From positions 3,588 to 67,587 of the forward strand of contig CANHGL010000002.1 in assembly GCA_947460245.1 (NCBI GenBank): a stretch of 64,000 bases of DNA, given 5' to 3'. This document shows positions 30,857 through 40,004 of this stretch, one piece after another. The stretch comes from Sphingobacteriales bacterium (GTDB lineage Bacteria; Bacteroidota; Bacteroidia; Chitinophagales; JADIYW01). Under the pieces are notes generated by a model. That model was not told where the DNA came from and searched no databases. It was given only the letters and a program-made list of their open reading frames with translations. The stretch's first letter is position 1. Each line of letters begins with the position of its first letter. A program made the translations under genes and the position numbers.

Positions 30857-32227
30857 ATGATAAATAAATTCCAAGCCTTTATACAAAAGCATCAGCTATT
30901 CAATCAAGGTACTCCGGTTTTGGTGGCTTGTAGCGGTGGATTGGATTCTATGGTGCTGCTGGATGTTTTATGTGCTCTTAAATATCCTGTGGCTATTGCT
31001 CATTGCAACTTCCAGTTGCGTGGAATTGAATCGGAAGGAGATGAGGAATTCATCAGAGTATATGCTTCCCAAAAGAATATTCCATTTTATGCCACAAGAT
31101 TCGATACTACGCAGATTAAACAAGAGCTTAATCTCTCCACTCAAATGGCAGCAAGGGTACTCCGTTATGATTGGTTTGAGAAAGTAAGGAAAGAAATAGG
31201 TGCTCATGTTATCGTTACTGCTCATCATTTAGATGATCAACTGGAAACTGTTTTGTTAAATCTTACACGGGGCACCGGACTTAAAGGGTTGTCGGCAATG
31301 CAGCCTACAAATGGAAATATTACTCGACCGCTTCTGGAGTTTACAAAAGAAGATCTAATGCGTTATGCTCAATCGAATAATATAGAATTCAGAGAAGACT
31401 CCAGCAATGCCACTGATGACTACCAACGCAATCTGATTCGACATCAGGTGGTTACTGCGTTAAAGCAAATAAATCCTTCCCTGCAAAATACATTTGGAGA
31501 TTTCGTAGGATACATGCGTGATTATAATGAACTTCTTAAATCATACATCGAACTTTTGAAAAAGAAATGCTATTCTGAAAAAAAAGGGATAGTAGAAATT
31601 AAGTTTGGATTTATCAAGAGCCATAATGCAGGCAGAACTATCTTATTCCATCTCTTGGATGATTTTGGATTTAACAATACACAGAGTGATTTAATTTTTG
31701 ATACGTTTATTCAAGCAAAGGAATCTGGACAGCAGTTTTATTCTGCTTCACATCGATTGGTAATTGATCGAAAAAGTTTGTTTATTATCCAAAAAGATAT
31801 AAAGCGGAATGATTATCTGAGCATAGAAAAGATTTCCAATCAGATAACTTTCAATAACTATAAAATCCAGTGCTCTATTGTGCCTATTCATGAGTTAAAT
31901 GCTAAAACTTCTCCGAGATATGCCTATTTGGACATGGATCTTCTTGAGTTCCCATTAATGCTTAGATATTATAAGGAAGGAGATTATTTTTATCCTTTTG
32001 GCATGAGCAAGCCTAAAACACCGGACAAGGTGGGCAAGAAGAAGATCTCCAAGTTTTTTAAGGATGAGAAATTCCATCAGTTTGATAAAGAAAATACAGC
32101 AATGCTTTTCTCCGGCGAGCGCTTGGTATGGTTGGTGGGTTATCGTATTGATGATCGTTTAAAGGTTAGCTCCAAAACAAAACGGGTATTGAAAATGGTA
32201 TTGCTGGATGAGGAGTCAGCTTCTTAA
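30857..32227 (+). CDS. tilS: tRNA(Ile)-lysidine synthase
   Basis: 456 aa with the PP-loop VACSGGLDSMVLL, TAHHLDDQLETVLLNLTRGTG and the TilS C-terminal domain. Confidence 0.9.
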   Translation: MINKFQAFIQKHQLFNQGTPVLVACSGGLDSMVLLDVLCALKYPVAIAHCNFQLRGIESEGDEEFIRVYASQKNIPFYATRFDTTQIKQELNLSTQMAARVLRYDWFEKVRKEIGAHVIVTAHHLDDQLETVLLNLTRGTGLKGLSAMQPTNGNITRPLLEFTKEDLMRYAQSNNIEFREDSSNATDDYQRNLIRHQVVTALKQINPSLQNTFGDFVGYMRDYNELLKSYIELLKKKCYSEKKGIVEIKFGFIKSHNAGRTILFHLLDDFGFNNTQSDLIFDTFIQAKESGQQFYSASHRLVIDRKSLFIIQKDIKRNDYLSIEKISNQITFNNYKIQCSIVPIHELNAKTSPRYAYLDMDLLEFPLMLRYYKEGDYFYPFGMSKPKTPDKVGKKKISKFFKDEKFHQFDKENTAMLFSGERLVWLVGYRIDDRLKVSSKTKRVLKMVLLDEESAS

Positions 32228-32252
32228 TAAAGATTAATTGTAATTTTAATTT

Positions 32253-33815
32253 ATGGTATCAGTTTTTAAATTTGGAATAGATCATCTTACCGTAGAAATT
32301 TGTATCGGTTTATTAAATAAAAAGATAAGCGGTATTTTAGATGGTGAGGCAAGAAGTAATATTCTCCGTTCACAAGATTATGTAAATGCAATAGTAGAAA
32401 AGGATAAAACGGTATATGGTATAAATACAGGTTTTGGGATTCTATCTAATAAAAAGATTTCGAAAGAAGATACAAAAACGCTTCAGTATAAGATTCTACA
32501 AAGCCATAGTGTAGGAGTGGGCCAGCCTGTGCCTTTAGATATTACCCGCTTAATGCTAATTACTAAATTACATGCCTTGGCAAAAGGTTATTCCGGTGTC
32601 CAGTTGCCTACCTTAGAACGTTTGTTATGGCATTTTGAAAATGATGTAATTCCCGTTGTTCCGGAAAAAGGTTCAGTGGGCGCTTCAGGTGATCTGGCTC
32701 CTTTGGCACATCTCTGTTTGCCACTAATTGGTTTGGGAGAAGTCTATTACAAAGGGGAGCGTATATCCACAGACATAGTTTTCCAAAAAGAAAACCTAAA
32801 GCCTGTTGCTTTAGGAAACAAGGAAGGTTTAGCGTTGATAAATGGTACTCAGTTTATTTTATCTTATGCAGTAAAGAATGTTCAGCGTTTGCATAACTGT
32901 ATGGATGCTGCTGATATTATTGGTGCTATGACTTTAGAATCTTTACAGGGCACCAAGGCTCCATTTGATGCCAGGTTGCATGACCTAAGGCCATTTGATG
33001 GGAACAAATTAGTTGCACAACGTTTGCGATTATTGTTAGAAGATTCTGAAATTATGCATAGTCATGTAGATTGCGATAGAGTGCAAGATCCCTACAGTTT
33101 GCGATGTATGCCCCAAGTTCATGGTGCTACCCGAAATGCATGGTTGCATTTAAATCAGCTTACTGAAATTGAATTGAATTCAGTTACTGATAATCCTGTA
33201 ATCTTTGGTGAGGATGATACTATAAGTGGTGGTAATTTTCATGGACAGCCATTAGCACTCCCGCTAGATTATTGTTGTTTTGCTGCAGCGGAGTTGGGAA
33301 ATATTTCTGATAGAAGATGTTATTTATTGCTGGAAGGTAAGTATGGACTTCCGATGCTACTGATGAATGATGTTGGACTAAACAGCGGGTTTATGCTTCC
33401 GCAGTATACTACGGCTGCTTTAGTTACAGAAAATAAAACCTTATGCTTTCCGGCAAGCGCAGATAGTATTCCAACTTCTCTGGGACAAGAAGATCATGTA
33501 TCAATGGGAAGTATCAGCGGAAGGAAGTTATTTACGGTATTGGATAACTTAGAATATATTTTAGCCATTGAATTGATGGCGGCTGCCCAGGCGATTGAAT
33601 TTAGAAAGCCATTAAAAAGTTCCAGCGTGCTTGAGGCAGCGCATAGTTTTGTTAGAGAGAAGGTTTCCTTTGCAAGTGAAGACAGGATTTTTTCTGAAGA
33701 TATTAATCTGATTAAGCAAATGGTTACAGAGGGCGCATTCGTAGATGCTGTTACTCAATTTACCATTCAAAATGGCATATCATTAAATAAAGATTTTAAA
33801 GAATTTGAGTTATAA
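32253..33815 (+). CDS. hutH: Histidine ammonia-lyase
   Basis: 520 aa with the MIO-forming [15 protein letters not shown], plus YGINTGFG and QEDHVSMG. Confidence 0.95.
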   Translation: MVSVFKFGIDHLTVEICIGLLNKKISGILDGEARSNILRSQDYVNAIVEKDKTVYGINTGFGILSNKKISKEDTKTLQYKILQSHSVGVGQPVPLDITRLMLITKLHALAKGYSGVQLPTLERLLWHFENDVIPVVPEKGSVGASGDLAPLAHLCLPLIGLGEVYYKGERISTDIVFQKENLKPVALGNKEGLALINGTQFILSYAVKNVQRLHNCMDAADIIGAMTLESLQGTKAPFDARLHDLRPFDGNKLVAQRLRLLLEDSEIMHSHVDCDRVQDPYSLRCMPQVHGATRNAWLHLNQLTEIELNSVTDNPVIFGEDDTISGGNFHGQPLALPLDYCCFAAAELGNISDRRCYLLLEGKYGLPMLLMNDVGLNSGFMLPQYTTAALVTENKTLCFPASADSIPTSLGQEDHVSMGSISGRKLFTVLDNLEYILAIELMAAAQAIEFRKPLKSSSVLEAAHSFVREKVSFASEDRIFSEDINLIKQMVTEGAFVDAVTQFTIQNGISLNKDFKEFEL

Positions 33816-33826
33816 AAAATAGAATT

Positions 33827-35494
33827 ATGTTACAAAGTTTTTTAGACAAATATGCTGCACATCCTAGCTACAGCGCACCTAGGGGGAATACGTTAAATGC
33901 TAAGTCTTGGCAAACAGAAGCACCACTGAGAATGTTATTGAATAATCTGGATGCTGAGGTTGCAGAAAATCCTGAGGAATTGGTGGTGTATGGTGGTATA
34001 GGACAGGCTGCACGCAATAAGGAATCCCTTCAAAAGATTATTAAACTTTTATTGGAGCTAGATGAAGATCACTCTTTATTAGTTCAAAGTGGTAAGCCGG
34101 TTGGTATTGTTCGCACACATCCACAGGCTCCTAGAGTATTGATTGCAAACTCCAATCTGGTGCCTAAATGGGCAACGTGGGATCATTTTTATGAGCTCAG
34201 AGAAAAGGGTTTAATGATGTATGGTCAGATGACAGCAGGCTCGTGGATATACATAGGCTCCCAGGGTATCGTTCAAGGCACCTACGAAACCTTCATGGAG
34301 TGTGGAAGACAGCATTTTAATGGAAGCCTGGAAGCTAAATTGGTAGTCACTGCAGGGTTAGGCGGTATGGGTGGTGCTCAGCCGCTTGCAGCTACAATGG
34401 CAGGGGCTACTTTTCTTGCAGCTGATATCAACCCTGTGAGTATACAAAAACGTATAGATACGAAGTACTTGGATAAAATGACCTATTCCTATGAAGAAGC
34501 TGTAAAGTGGGCATTGGACGCTAAATCTAAAGGTGAAGCTATTTCGATAGGTGTAGTGATGGATGCAGGGGATATGTTAGAGCGTTTACTACAAGATAAT
34601 ATAATTCCGGATGTGTTAACTGATCAAACGTCTGCTCATGATCCTATTAATGGTTATGTTCCTCATGGTATGTCTTTTCAGGCTGCATTAGCATTACGAA
34701 AAGCTGATCCAAATACATACAAAGAGAAGTCAATTATAAGCATGGGTAGGCATGTTCGTTTTATGCTGGAACTTATGAGTCGGGGTGCTGTAACCTTTGA
34801 TTATGGAAATAATATCCGTGCTTATGCCAAGGAGGCGGGTGTAGAAAATGCATTTGATTTCCCGGGGTTTACGCCGGCTTATATACGCTCTTTATTTTGT
34901 GAAGGAAAGGGTCCATTCCGTTGGGTAGCATTAAGTGGAGATCCTAATGATATTTATGAAACGGATAAGGCACTGATGGAATTGTTTCCTGAAAATGAAG
35001 GGATGATTAATTGGTTGCAACAGGCACAAAAAAGAATTGCATTTCAAGGACTACCTGCAAGAATTTGCTGGTTGGGATTGGGAGAGCGCGAAAAAGCTGG
35101 ATTGTTTTTTAATGAGTTGGTGCGCTCCGGAAGGGTGAAGGCTCCAATTGTTATTGGTCGTGATCATCTGGATTGTGGCAGTGTGGCAAGTCCTAACCGC
35201 GAAACCGAAGCTATGAAAGATGGGAGTGATGCCGTAAGTGATTGGACACTGTTGAATTTATTAAGTAATGCCAGTGGTGGTGCTACATGGGTGAGTTTTC
35301 ACCATGGCGGTGGTGTGGGTATGGGATATTCTCAGCATGCTGGAATGGTAGTATTAGCAGACGGCACAGATCGTGCAGCTGCATGCTTAAGCAGAGTTTT
35401 ATTTAATGATCCTGCAATGGGAGTTTTCCGTCATGCAGATGCCGGTTATGAAAAGGCAATAGCCGTAGGAAATTCATTTGGAATAAATATTTAA
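33827..35494 (+). CDS. hutU: Urocanate hydratase
   Basis: 555 aa with [25 protein letters not shown] and [18 protein letters not shown]. Confidence 0.95.
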   Translation: MLQSFLDKYAAHPSYSAPRGNTLNAKSWQTEAPLRMLLNNLDAEVAENPEELVVYGGIGQAARNKESLQKIIKLLLELDEDHSLLVQSGKPVGIVRTHPQAPRVLIANSNLVPKWATWDHFYELREKGLMMYGQMTAGSWIYIGSQGIVQGTYETFMECGRQHFNGSLEAKLVVTAGLGGMGGAQPLAATMAGATFLAADINPVSIQKRIDTKYLDKMTYSYEEAVKWALDAKSKGEAISIGVVMDAGDMLERLLQDNIIPDVLTDQTSAHDPINGYVPHGMSFQAALALRKADPNTYKEKSIISMGRHVRFMLELMSRGAVTFDYGNNIRAYAKEAGVENAFDFPGFTPAYIRSLFCEGKGPFRWVALSGDPNDIYETDKALMELFPENEGMINWLQQAQKRIAFQGLPARICWLGLGEREKAGLFFNELVRSGRVKAPIVIGRDHLDCGSVASPNRETEAMKDGSDAVSDWTLLNLLSNASGGATWVSFHHGGGVGMGYSQHAGMVVLADGTDRAAACLSRVLFNDPAMGVFRHADAGYEKAIAVGNSFGINI

Positions 35495-35511
35495 TCCTGT
35501 ATTGATTAGCT

Positions 35512-36744
35512 ATGCTTATTACCAACATCCGCTATTTAGTAAATGTAAGAGAAGAAAATAATTTACTTCGGGGTAAGGCTTTGGCTGATCTTCCGATATT
35601 AGAGAATGCATGGTTGAAAATTGAAAATAATTCTATCGTAGATTATGGCTTGATCTCTTCCTTACAAGAAGCTGATTTTAAACAGAAAGTATTTGATGCC
35701 AAGCAAGCAGTTGTTTTGCCCTCTTGGTGTGATAGTCATACGCACCTTGTGTTCGCAGGCAGTAGAGAAGGAGAGTTTGTAGATAAAATCAGAGGCCTTA
35801 CTTATGAGGCCATAGCAGCAAAGGGTGGTGGTATATTAAATTCTGCAAAGTTACTGAAGGAGACTTCTGAGGAGGTGTTATTGGAGCTGGCTCAGCAAAG
35901 AATAGACCATCTGATACAATTAGGAACGGGGGCGTTGGAGATTAAAAGCGGATATGGATTATCTGTGGATGGGGAGTTGAAGATGTTGCGGGTAATTCAA
36001 CAACTTAAACACCAAAATAATATTCCTATAAAGTCAACTTTCCTTGGAGCACATGCATTTCCTGAAAGCTATAAGTCTAATCGAAAAGGATATATTGAAT
36101 TACTAAAACTTGAAATGTTGCCTAAGATTGCCAGTGAACATCTTGCGGATTATATAGATGTATTTTGTGAGGAAGGTTTCTTTACACAGCAGGAAACAGA
36201 GGAGTTGTGCGAACTGGGTAAGTCATTTGGAATAACCCCAAAAATACACGCCAATCAGTTACATATTTCCGGTGGGGTTCAGGCGGGATGTAAGGTAAGG
36301 GCATTGTCTGTAGATCATTTAGAGACTATAGGAGAAGAAGAAATTCGTTTGCTTGGAGAAGCTAATGCGCCAATTGCTACCTTATTACCAGGTGCTGCTT
36401 TCTTTTTGAGAATGCAATATCCTCCAGTAAAAAAACTAATAGAAAATAATGCGGCTATAGCTATTGCCAGCGATTATAATCCTGGTTCATCTCCATCGGG
36501 AAATATGAATTTTATGATAGCATTGGCTTGCACACAGATGCGTATGTTGCCGGAGGAAGCTATTAATGCTGCTACTATTAACGGTGCTTATGCTATGGGC
36601 GTAGAATCGCTCGTTGGTAGTATTACTCGTGGAAAACGGGCAAACCTTATTTTTACTCAAGCGATTCCTTCCATAGCCTATCTGCCTTATAGTTATGCAT
36701 CTAACCTTATCGATAAGGTGATGATTAACGGACAGTTTCAGTAA
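35512..36744 (+). CDS. hutI: Imidazolonepropionase
   Basis: 410-aa amidohydrolase with metal ligands (CDSHTHLVF, KIHANQL, ASDYNPGSSP). Confidence 0.95.
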   Translation: MLITNIRYLVNVREENNLLRGKALADLPILENAWLKIENNSIVDYGLISSLQEADFKQKVFDAKQAVVLPSWCDSHTHLVFAGSREGEFVDKIRGLTYEAIAAKGGGILNSAKLLKETSEEVLLELAQQRIDHLIQLGTGALEIKSGYGLSVDGELKMLRVIQQLKHQNNIPIKSTFLGAHAFPESYKSNRKGYIELLKLEMLPKIASEHLADYIDVFCEEGFFTQQETEELCELGKSFGITPKIHANQLHISGGVQAGCKVRALSVDHLETIGEEEIRLLGEANAPIATLLPGAAFFLRMQYPPVKKLIENNAAIAIASDYNPGSSPSGNMNFMIALACTQMRMLPEEAINAATINGAYAMGVESLVGSITRGKRANLIFTQAIPSIAYLPYSYASNLIDKVMINGQFQ

Positions 36745-36747
36745 TTT

Positions 36748-36882
36748 TTACCATTCTACTTGTATGCCACCACCATCAGGCGTAGTATGAACCGACCAAT
36801 CTAGTTTCATTTCTAGACGTTGTTCGAGTTCCTCGATGTTAAATGCTTCGTGTAGTTGTTCTTCTTTTTCTTGTGTTTTCAT
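36748..36882 (-). CDS. Candidate RiPP-type precursor peptide A (44 aa): MKTQEKEEQLHEAFNIEELEQRLEMKLDWSVHTTPDGGGIQVEW
   Basis: ATG-initiated ORF 2 nt downstream of the 652-aa gene stop, on the same strand. It is below the ORF-track size cutoff. It shares the block EELEQRLEMKLDW with the 51-aa ORF at 41198-41353; the 39-nt block differs only at 4 synonymous third positions. Confidence 0.7.
   Translation of the reverse strand: MKTQEKEEQLHEAFNIEELEQRLEMKLDWSVHTTPDGGGIQVEW
36796..36834 (-). repeat. Conserved 39-nt leader block, copy A (encodes EELEQRLEMKLDW)
   Basis: 35 of 39 nt are identical to 41261-41299. The differences are gaa/gag, cgt/cgc, cta/ctg and cta/ctg, all synonymous. Confidence 0.9.
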
Positions 36883-36884
36883 AA

Positions 36885-38843
36885 TTAATGTTTTAAGGTT
36901 AAAAATCTATTTAGTGCACTTATTACAGTGCTTGTGGTGATTATTCTGTGCAAATCTTCTATCAGTACATTTTCACCAATATCTGTTTTCTTCCATTCTG
37001 TTATGTCTTCAGGGTTTATGCAATCAGAGGCTGGAATTCTTAGCGCATAACTGGAGTCCCAGGATCCATCTGTGTTTTGTCTGTTTATTAATGCTATTGC
37101 TGATTTTTTCAGTAGGTGATACTGATCAGATGACCATTCTTTGTAATGAGATAAAGCTTTTAAGGTCATTGCAGTATATAGGATATGTTCATTACTGAAT
37201 GCATCTTTACATAAACCATTGTCCTGGATTTGTTCAAATAATAATTCAGCAGTTGATTGACATATTCTTTGCAATTCAGGATGTTGTAAGTTTTTATTGG
37301 CTTCCAAGAGGAGTGTACTGCTATATATCGGACTGGTCCACCAATAGGACTCAAATAACTGATTTGCTTTGTATTTTTTTAGGAAATAGGCTATTAATTT
37401 ATTTTTCTCTTGGGTATAGCCATCAAACTTAGATAACAACAAGAGTGTACCTGCACTTACACACAGGTGACTTTGTGTCCATCCATTAATGTTTTTTTTT
37501 TTAGGATCGTTAAGGTGATTGAGGAGTATCGTCCTATTGTTATATGTGGTAATTCCTCCATCATTTTGTTGGTAGCTTAGCACTGCATTTATTACTTCTT
37601 CTGATTTATATTGCGAGATTAAACCAAGTAGGCTGAAATTACTTGAGTCCGCATCTTCTACCCATCCTTCTATGTAGGGCCATAATATATTTTTTTTCTG
37701 ATGGAGATATTCGATTGCCTTTGGAATTATATTATTTGTTCTATGATTTTCAAACTCCTCCAGTTGATAGAGTACATATCCTGTTGTCCAGTAACCACTA
37801 AGCCATCCATTTACTGGGGAGTCTCTCCATGCACCATTACGCTCTTGTTCTTTTTGGATAAAGTTCAATCCCGATTTTATTTGCTGTAGAATACTTTTTT
37901 TTGCTGTTGGCTCATCTGCTATTTTTATTTTTTCAATAGAGCGTTTGTTTTTTATTTTTATTGATTCCAGATAAAATTCAACCTGAGTTAATACTTGTCT
38001 TATCTCTGTGATTTTCATTTCTATTACTAATTTCCATAAAGTACAGTTAATCTCTGAGCAAATCTCTGCTGCCTGAGCAAGATAGCTGATAGATTGGTTT
38101 AGTAATTTTACAGCATATCCATTTACAAACATTTTTTTCTGCAGATGCTCAATGGGTTTATTGATTAAGAGTTTATTCTTTTTTAGAAGCGTACTTAATG
38201 CAAAATTTGTCTGTTTGTTATTGTAATCTACATTCAAATCAAACAGGTCGTCATAGCATTGTAGCCCACATGAAAACAGTCTATGGGATTTTAGCAATTT
38301 TTGGTGATTATTTAAGCTGATTTTATTGAGCGTGAATAGGGAGTCTATTGCAATTTTTCCAAATGCTGATTTCCGATCAGCCAAGTTCTCAAATTCACTT
38401 TTTTTGAGGTCAAGAATAAATTGCTTGTCCGTGTAGTAAGCACTCAAATACGCTTTTTTTCTTTCTTGCCAGTATCCCCAGAATCTTTGATTATCCTGAA
38501 AAATAGAGGAGAGTATCTTTATACTTTCTTCATGATACCAATTGGATAAAATTATTTCATGTATCCTGTCTGGGTTGTCATTCTTAGTATCTAATTTTTT
38601 ATCAAGAATTAGTAAGTATTTGAAATAGAAGTATCCGGAAATATTTATTTGATTAATTTCTTTATCTCTTTTCTCAGTAAATAAAGATCCATAGCAAAAG
38701 TAAAATAGATTAGGTTCACTATTGATTTCTTTAAAGAGTAATTCTTTAATATTGCAATCTATATTTTGCTTCTTTATGTACGTTAACAGAATCTGTCGCG
38801 ATGCTTCTATATGTTTGTAGATATTATCTTTTAACATTTCCAT
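36885..38843 (-). CDS. Two-domain isoprenoid-type enzyme: N-terminal polyprenyl-synthase/ComQ-like helical region fused to a prenyltransferase/squalene-cyclase-repeat (alpha/alpha toroid) domain
   Basis: 652 aa. The N-terminal half is all-helical and carries Asp-rich motifs YLLILDKKLDTKND and FSCGLQCYDDLFD (compare the FPPS SARM GxxFQxxDDxxD). The C-terminal half has four repeats of the Q-x-x-D-G-x-W type: ERNGAWRD, QQNDGGIT, QDNGLCKD and QNTDGSWD. The function is inferred from motifs only. Confidence 0.55.
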   Translation of the reverse strand: MEMLKDNIYKHIEASRQILLTYIKKQNIDCNIKELLFKEINSEPNLFYFCYGSLFTEKRDKEINQINISGYFYFKYLLILDKKLDTKNDNPDRIHEIILSNWYHEESIKILSSIFQDNQRFWGYWQERKKAYLSAYYTDKQFILDLKKSEFENLADRKSAFGKIAIDSLFTLNKISLNNHQKLLKSHRLFSCGLQCYDDLFDLNVDYNNKQTNFALSTLLKKNKLLINKPIEHLQKKMFVNGYAVKLLNQSISYLAQAAEICSEINCTLWKLVIEMKITEIRQVLTQVEFYLESIKIKNKRSIEKIKIADEPTAKKSILQQIKSGLNFIQKEQERNGAWRDSPVNGWLSGYWTTGYVLYQLEEFENHRTNNIIPKAIEYLHQKKNILWPYIEGWVEDADSSNFSLLGLISQYKSEEVINAVLSYQQNDGGITTYNNRTILLNHLNDPKKKNINGWTQSHLCVSAGTLLLLSKFDGYTQEKNKLIAYFLKKYKANQLFESYWWTSPIYSSTLLLEANKNLQHPELQRICQSTAELLFEQIQDNGLCKDAFSNEHILYTAMTLKALSHYKEWSSDQYHLLKKSAIALINRQNTDGSWDSSYALRIPASDCINPEDITEWKKTDIGENVLIEDLHRIITTSTVISALNRFLTLKH

Positions 38844-39990
38844 ATCGTTTATTCTTTATCAGTTTTATTAATATATGAATAGTGTATCTTGCTAAAACGA
38901 TGCATAGCAATATTGTCTTTATTATATCTTGAATATTTAGAGCTGTACATTTGTCTAGTGTACCAGTGCCATAGGCTATGATATTATATAGTAATAGATT
39001 TTTGTGAATTAATAGGAAATACAAGAGATATACTAAAGCTCCTTTATTAAGTATATAATAAGCGCTTAATAATGTATTTTTTGTACTCCTCAGTTTCTTG
39101 CTAAAAAATTGAATTAAAGCCTCTTCAGAACTATTATGTAAGTTTCGATAGGAACATAAGTCATTTAATATCCAATATCCATCAGATTTGAATATTGGGA
39201 TGAGATTAAAAGTGCATTTCAATAACAGTAGTAATGCGATTGAATATGTATCGTTAAGAGATAAAAAACATCCTGTGCAGTAAGTGGAGCATAAAAACAA
39301 CGCTTCAAAATATACACCTGATATATTGACTATAATTCTTTCTCTTTTATTTAATAACCAAATTCCGGAAACATCTGAGAATGCTACTGGTATAATACCC
39401 ATGTATATTCCTATTCCTATTCCTTTGCTTTTTATACAGTAATTCCGACAAGCAGTGATATGTCCAATTTCATGTAGTAAAGTTGATCCAGTAATTAAGC
39501 AGAAATAAATCGGAATTTGATGGATGTTTATTGGGTGTATGGTCTTAGGGATGTGTAATAAATAAAATAATGTTAAAATCAAAAGTATTAGAAATACAGA
39601 TATTCCATTTCTTTTATAAAATATGGTTAAGTGTTGTATGAGAAAATTAATTTTTTCTGAGGGTATAAGGGTTGTTGCCTTCTTAATATAATTAGTTTGT
39701 GTATTTTGCTTAGTTGATTGGTCTTTATCGTTTAGTATCTTATTACCTAATTGGTTGTAAATGATATGCTTTACTTTTTCGATGCTAATATTGCGTTGGT
39801 GAATGCTGTTATAAGTATCTCGTATAGTTTTAATGCTGTTATTCCCATTAATTAAATTTATGAGAGGTAATACATTTTCAGATATACTAAGATGAAAGCT
39901 GTGCCTATTATCGAATACAATAGCTCCGTATTCCTTGTGTTGTTGGATTTTTATATCCGATCTTAGTATAGGTATCATATCTTCATACAT
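38824..39990 (-). CDS. Peptidase M50 (site-2-protease-like) membrane metalloprotease with N-terminal PqqD/RRE-like domain
   Basis: 388 aa. It has HExxH inside a TM segment (STLLHEIGHITA) and the downstream M50 motif NLIPIFKSDGYWILNDL. The N-terminal ~70 aa (IPILRSDIKIQQHKEYGAIVFDNRHSFHLSISENVLPLINLINGNNSIKTIRDTY) fits the PqqD-like peptide-binding pattern. It overlaps the next gene by 20 nt. Confidence 0.7.
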   Translation of the reverse strand: MYEDMIPILRSDIKIQQHKEYGAIVFDNRHSFHLSISENVLPLINLINGNNSIKTIRDTYNSIHQRNISIEKVKHIIYNQLGNKILNDKDQSTKQNTQTNYIKKATTLIPSEKINFLIQHLTIFYKRNGISVFLILLILTLFYLLHIPKTIHPINIHQIPIYFCLITGSTLLHEIGHITACRNYCIKSKGIGIGIYMGIIPVAFSDVSGIWLLNKRERIIVNISGVYFEALFLCSTYCTGCFLSLNDTYSIALLLLLKCTFNLIPIFKSDGYWILNDLCSYRNLHNSSEEALIQFFSKKLRSTKNTLLSAYYILNKGALVYLLYFLLIHKNLLLYNIIAYGTGTLDKCTALNIQDIIKTILLCIVLARYTIHILIKLIKNKRYGNVKR

Positions 39991-40004
39991 ATAGATAGTT
40001 TAGC

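Noticed and set aside
36885-38843. Interpretation of the 652-aa toroid protein as a LanC-like cyclase, and of the peptides as lanthipeptides (the leaders contain an FNIE/FHVE box reminiscent of the class I FNLD box)
   Set aside because: Neither core peptide contains Cys. No LanC zinc-ligand motifs (GxxHG, WCxG, CHG) are visible, and there is no dehydratase (LanB/LanM/LanKC/LanL) in the operon.
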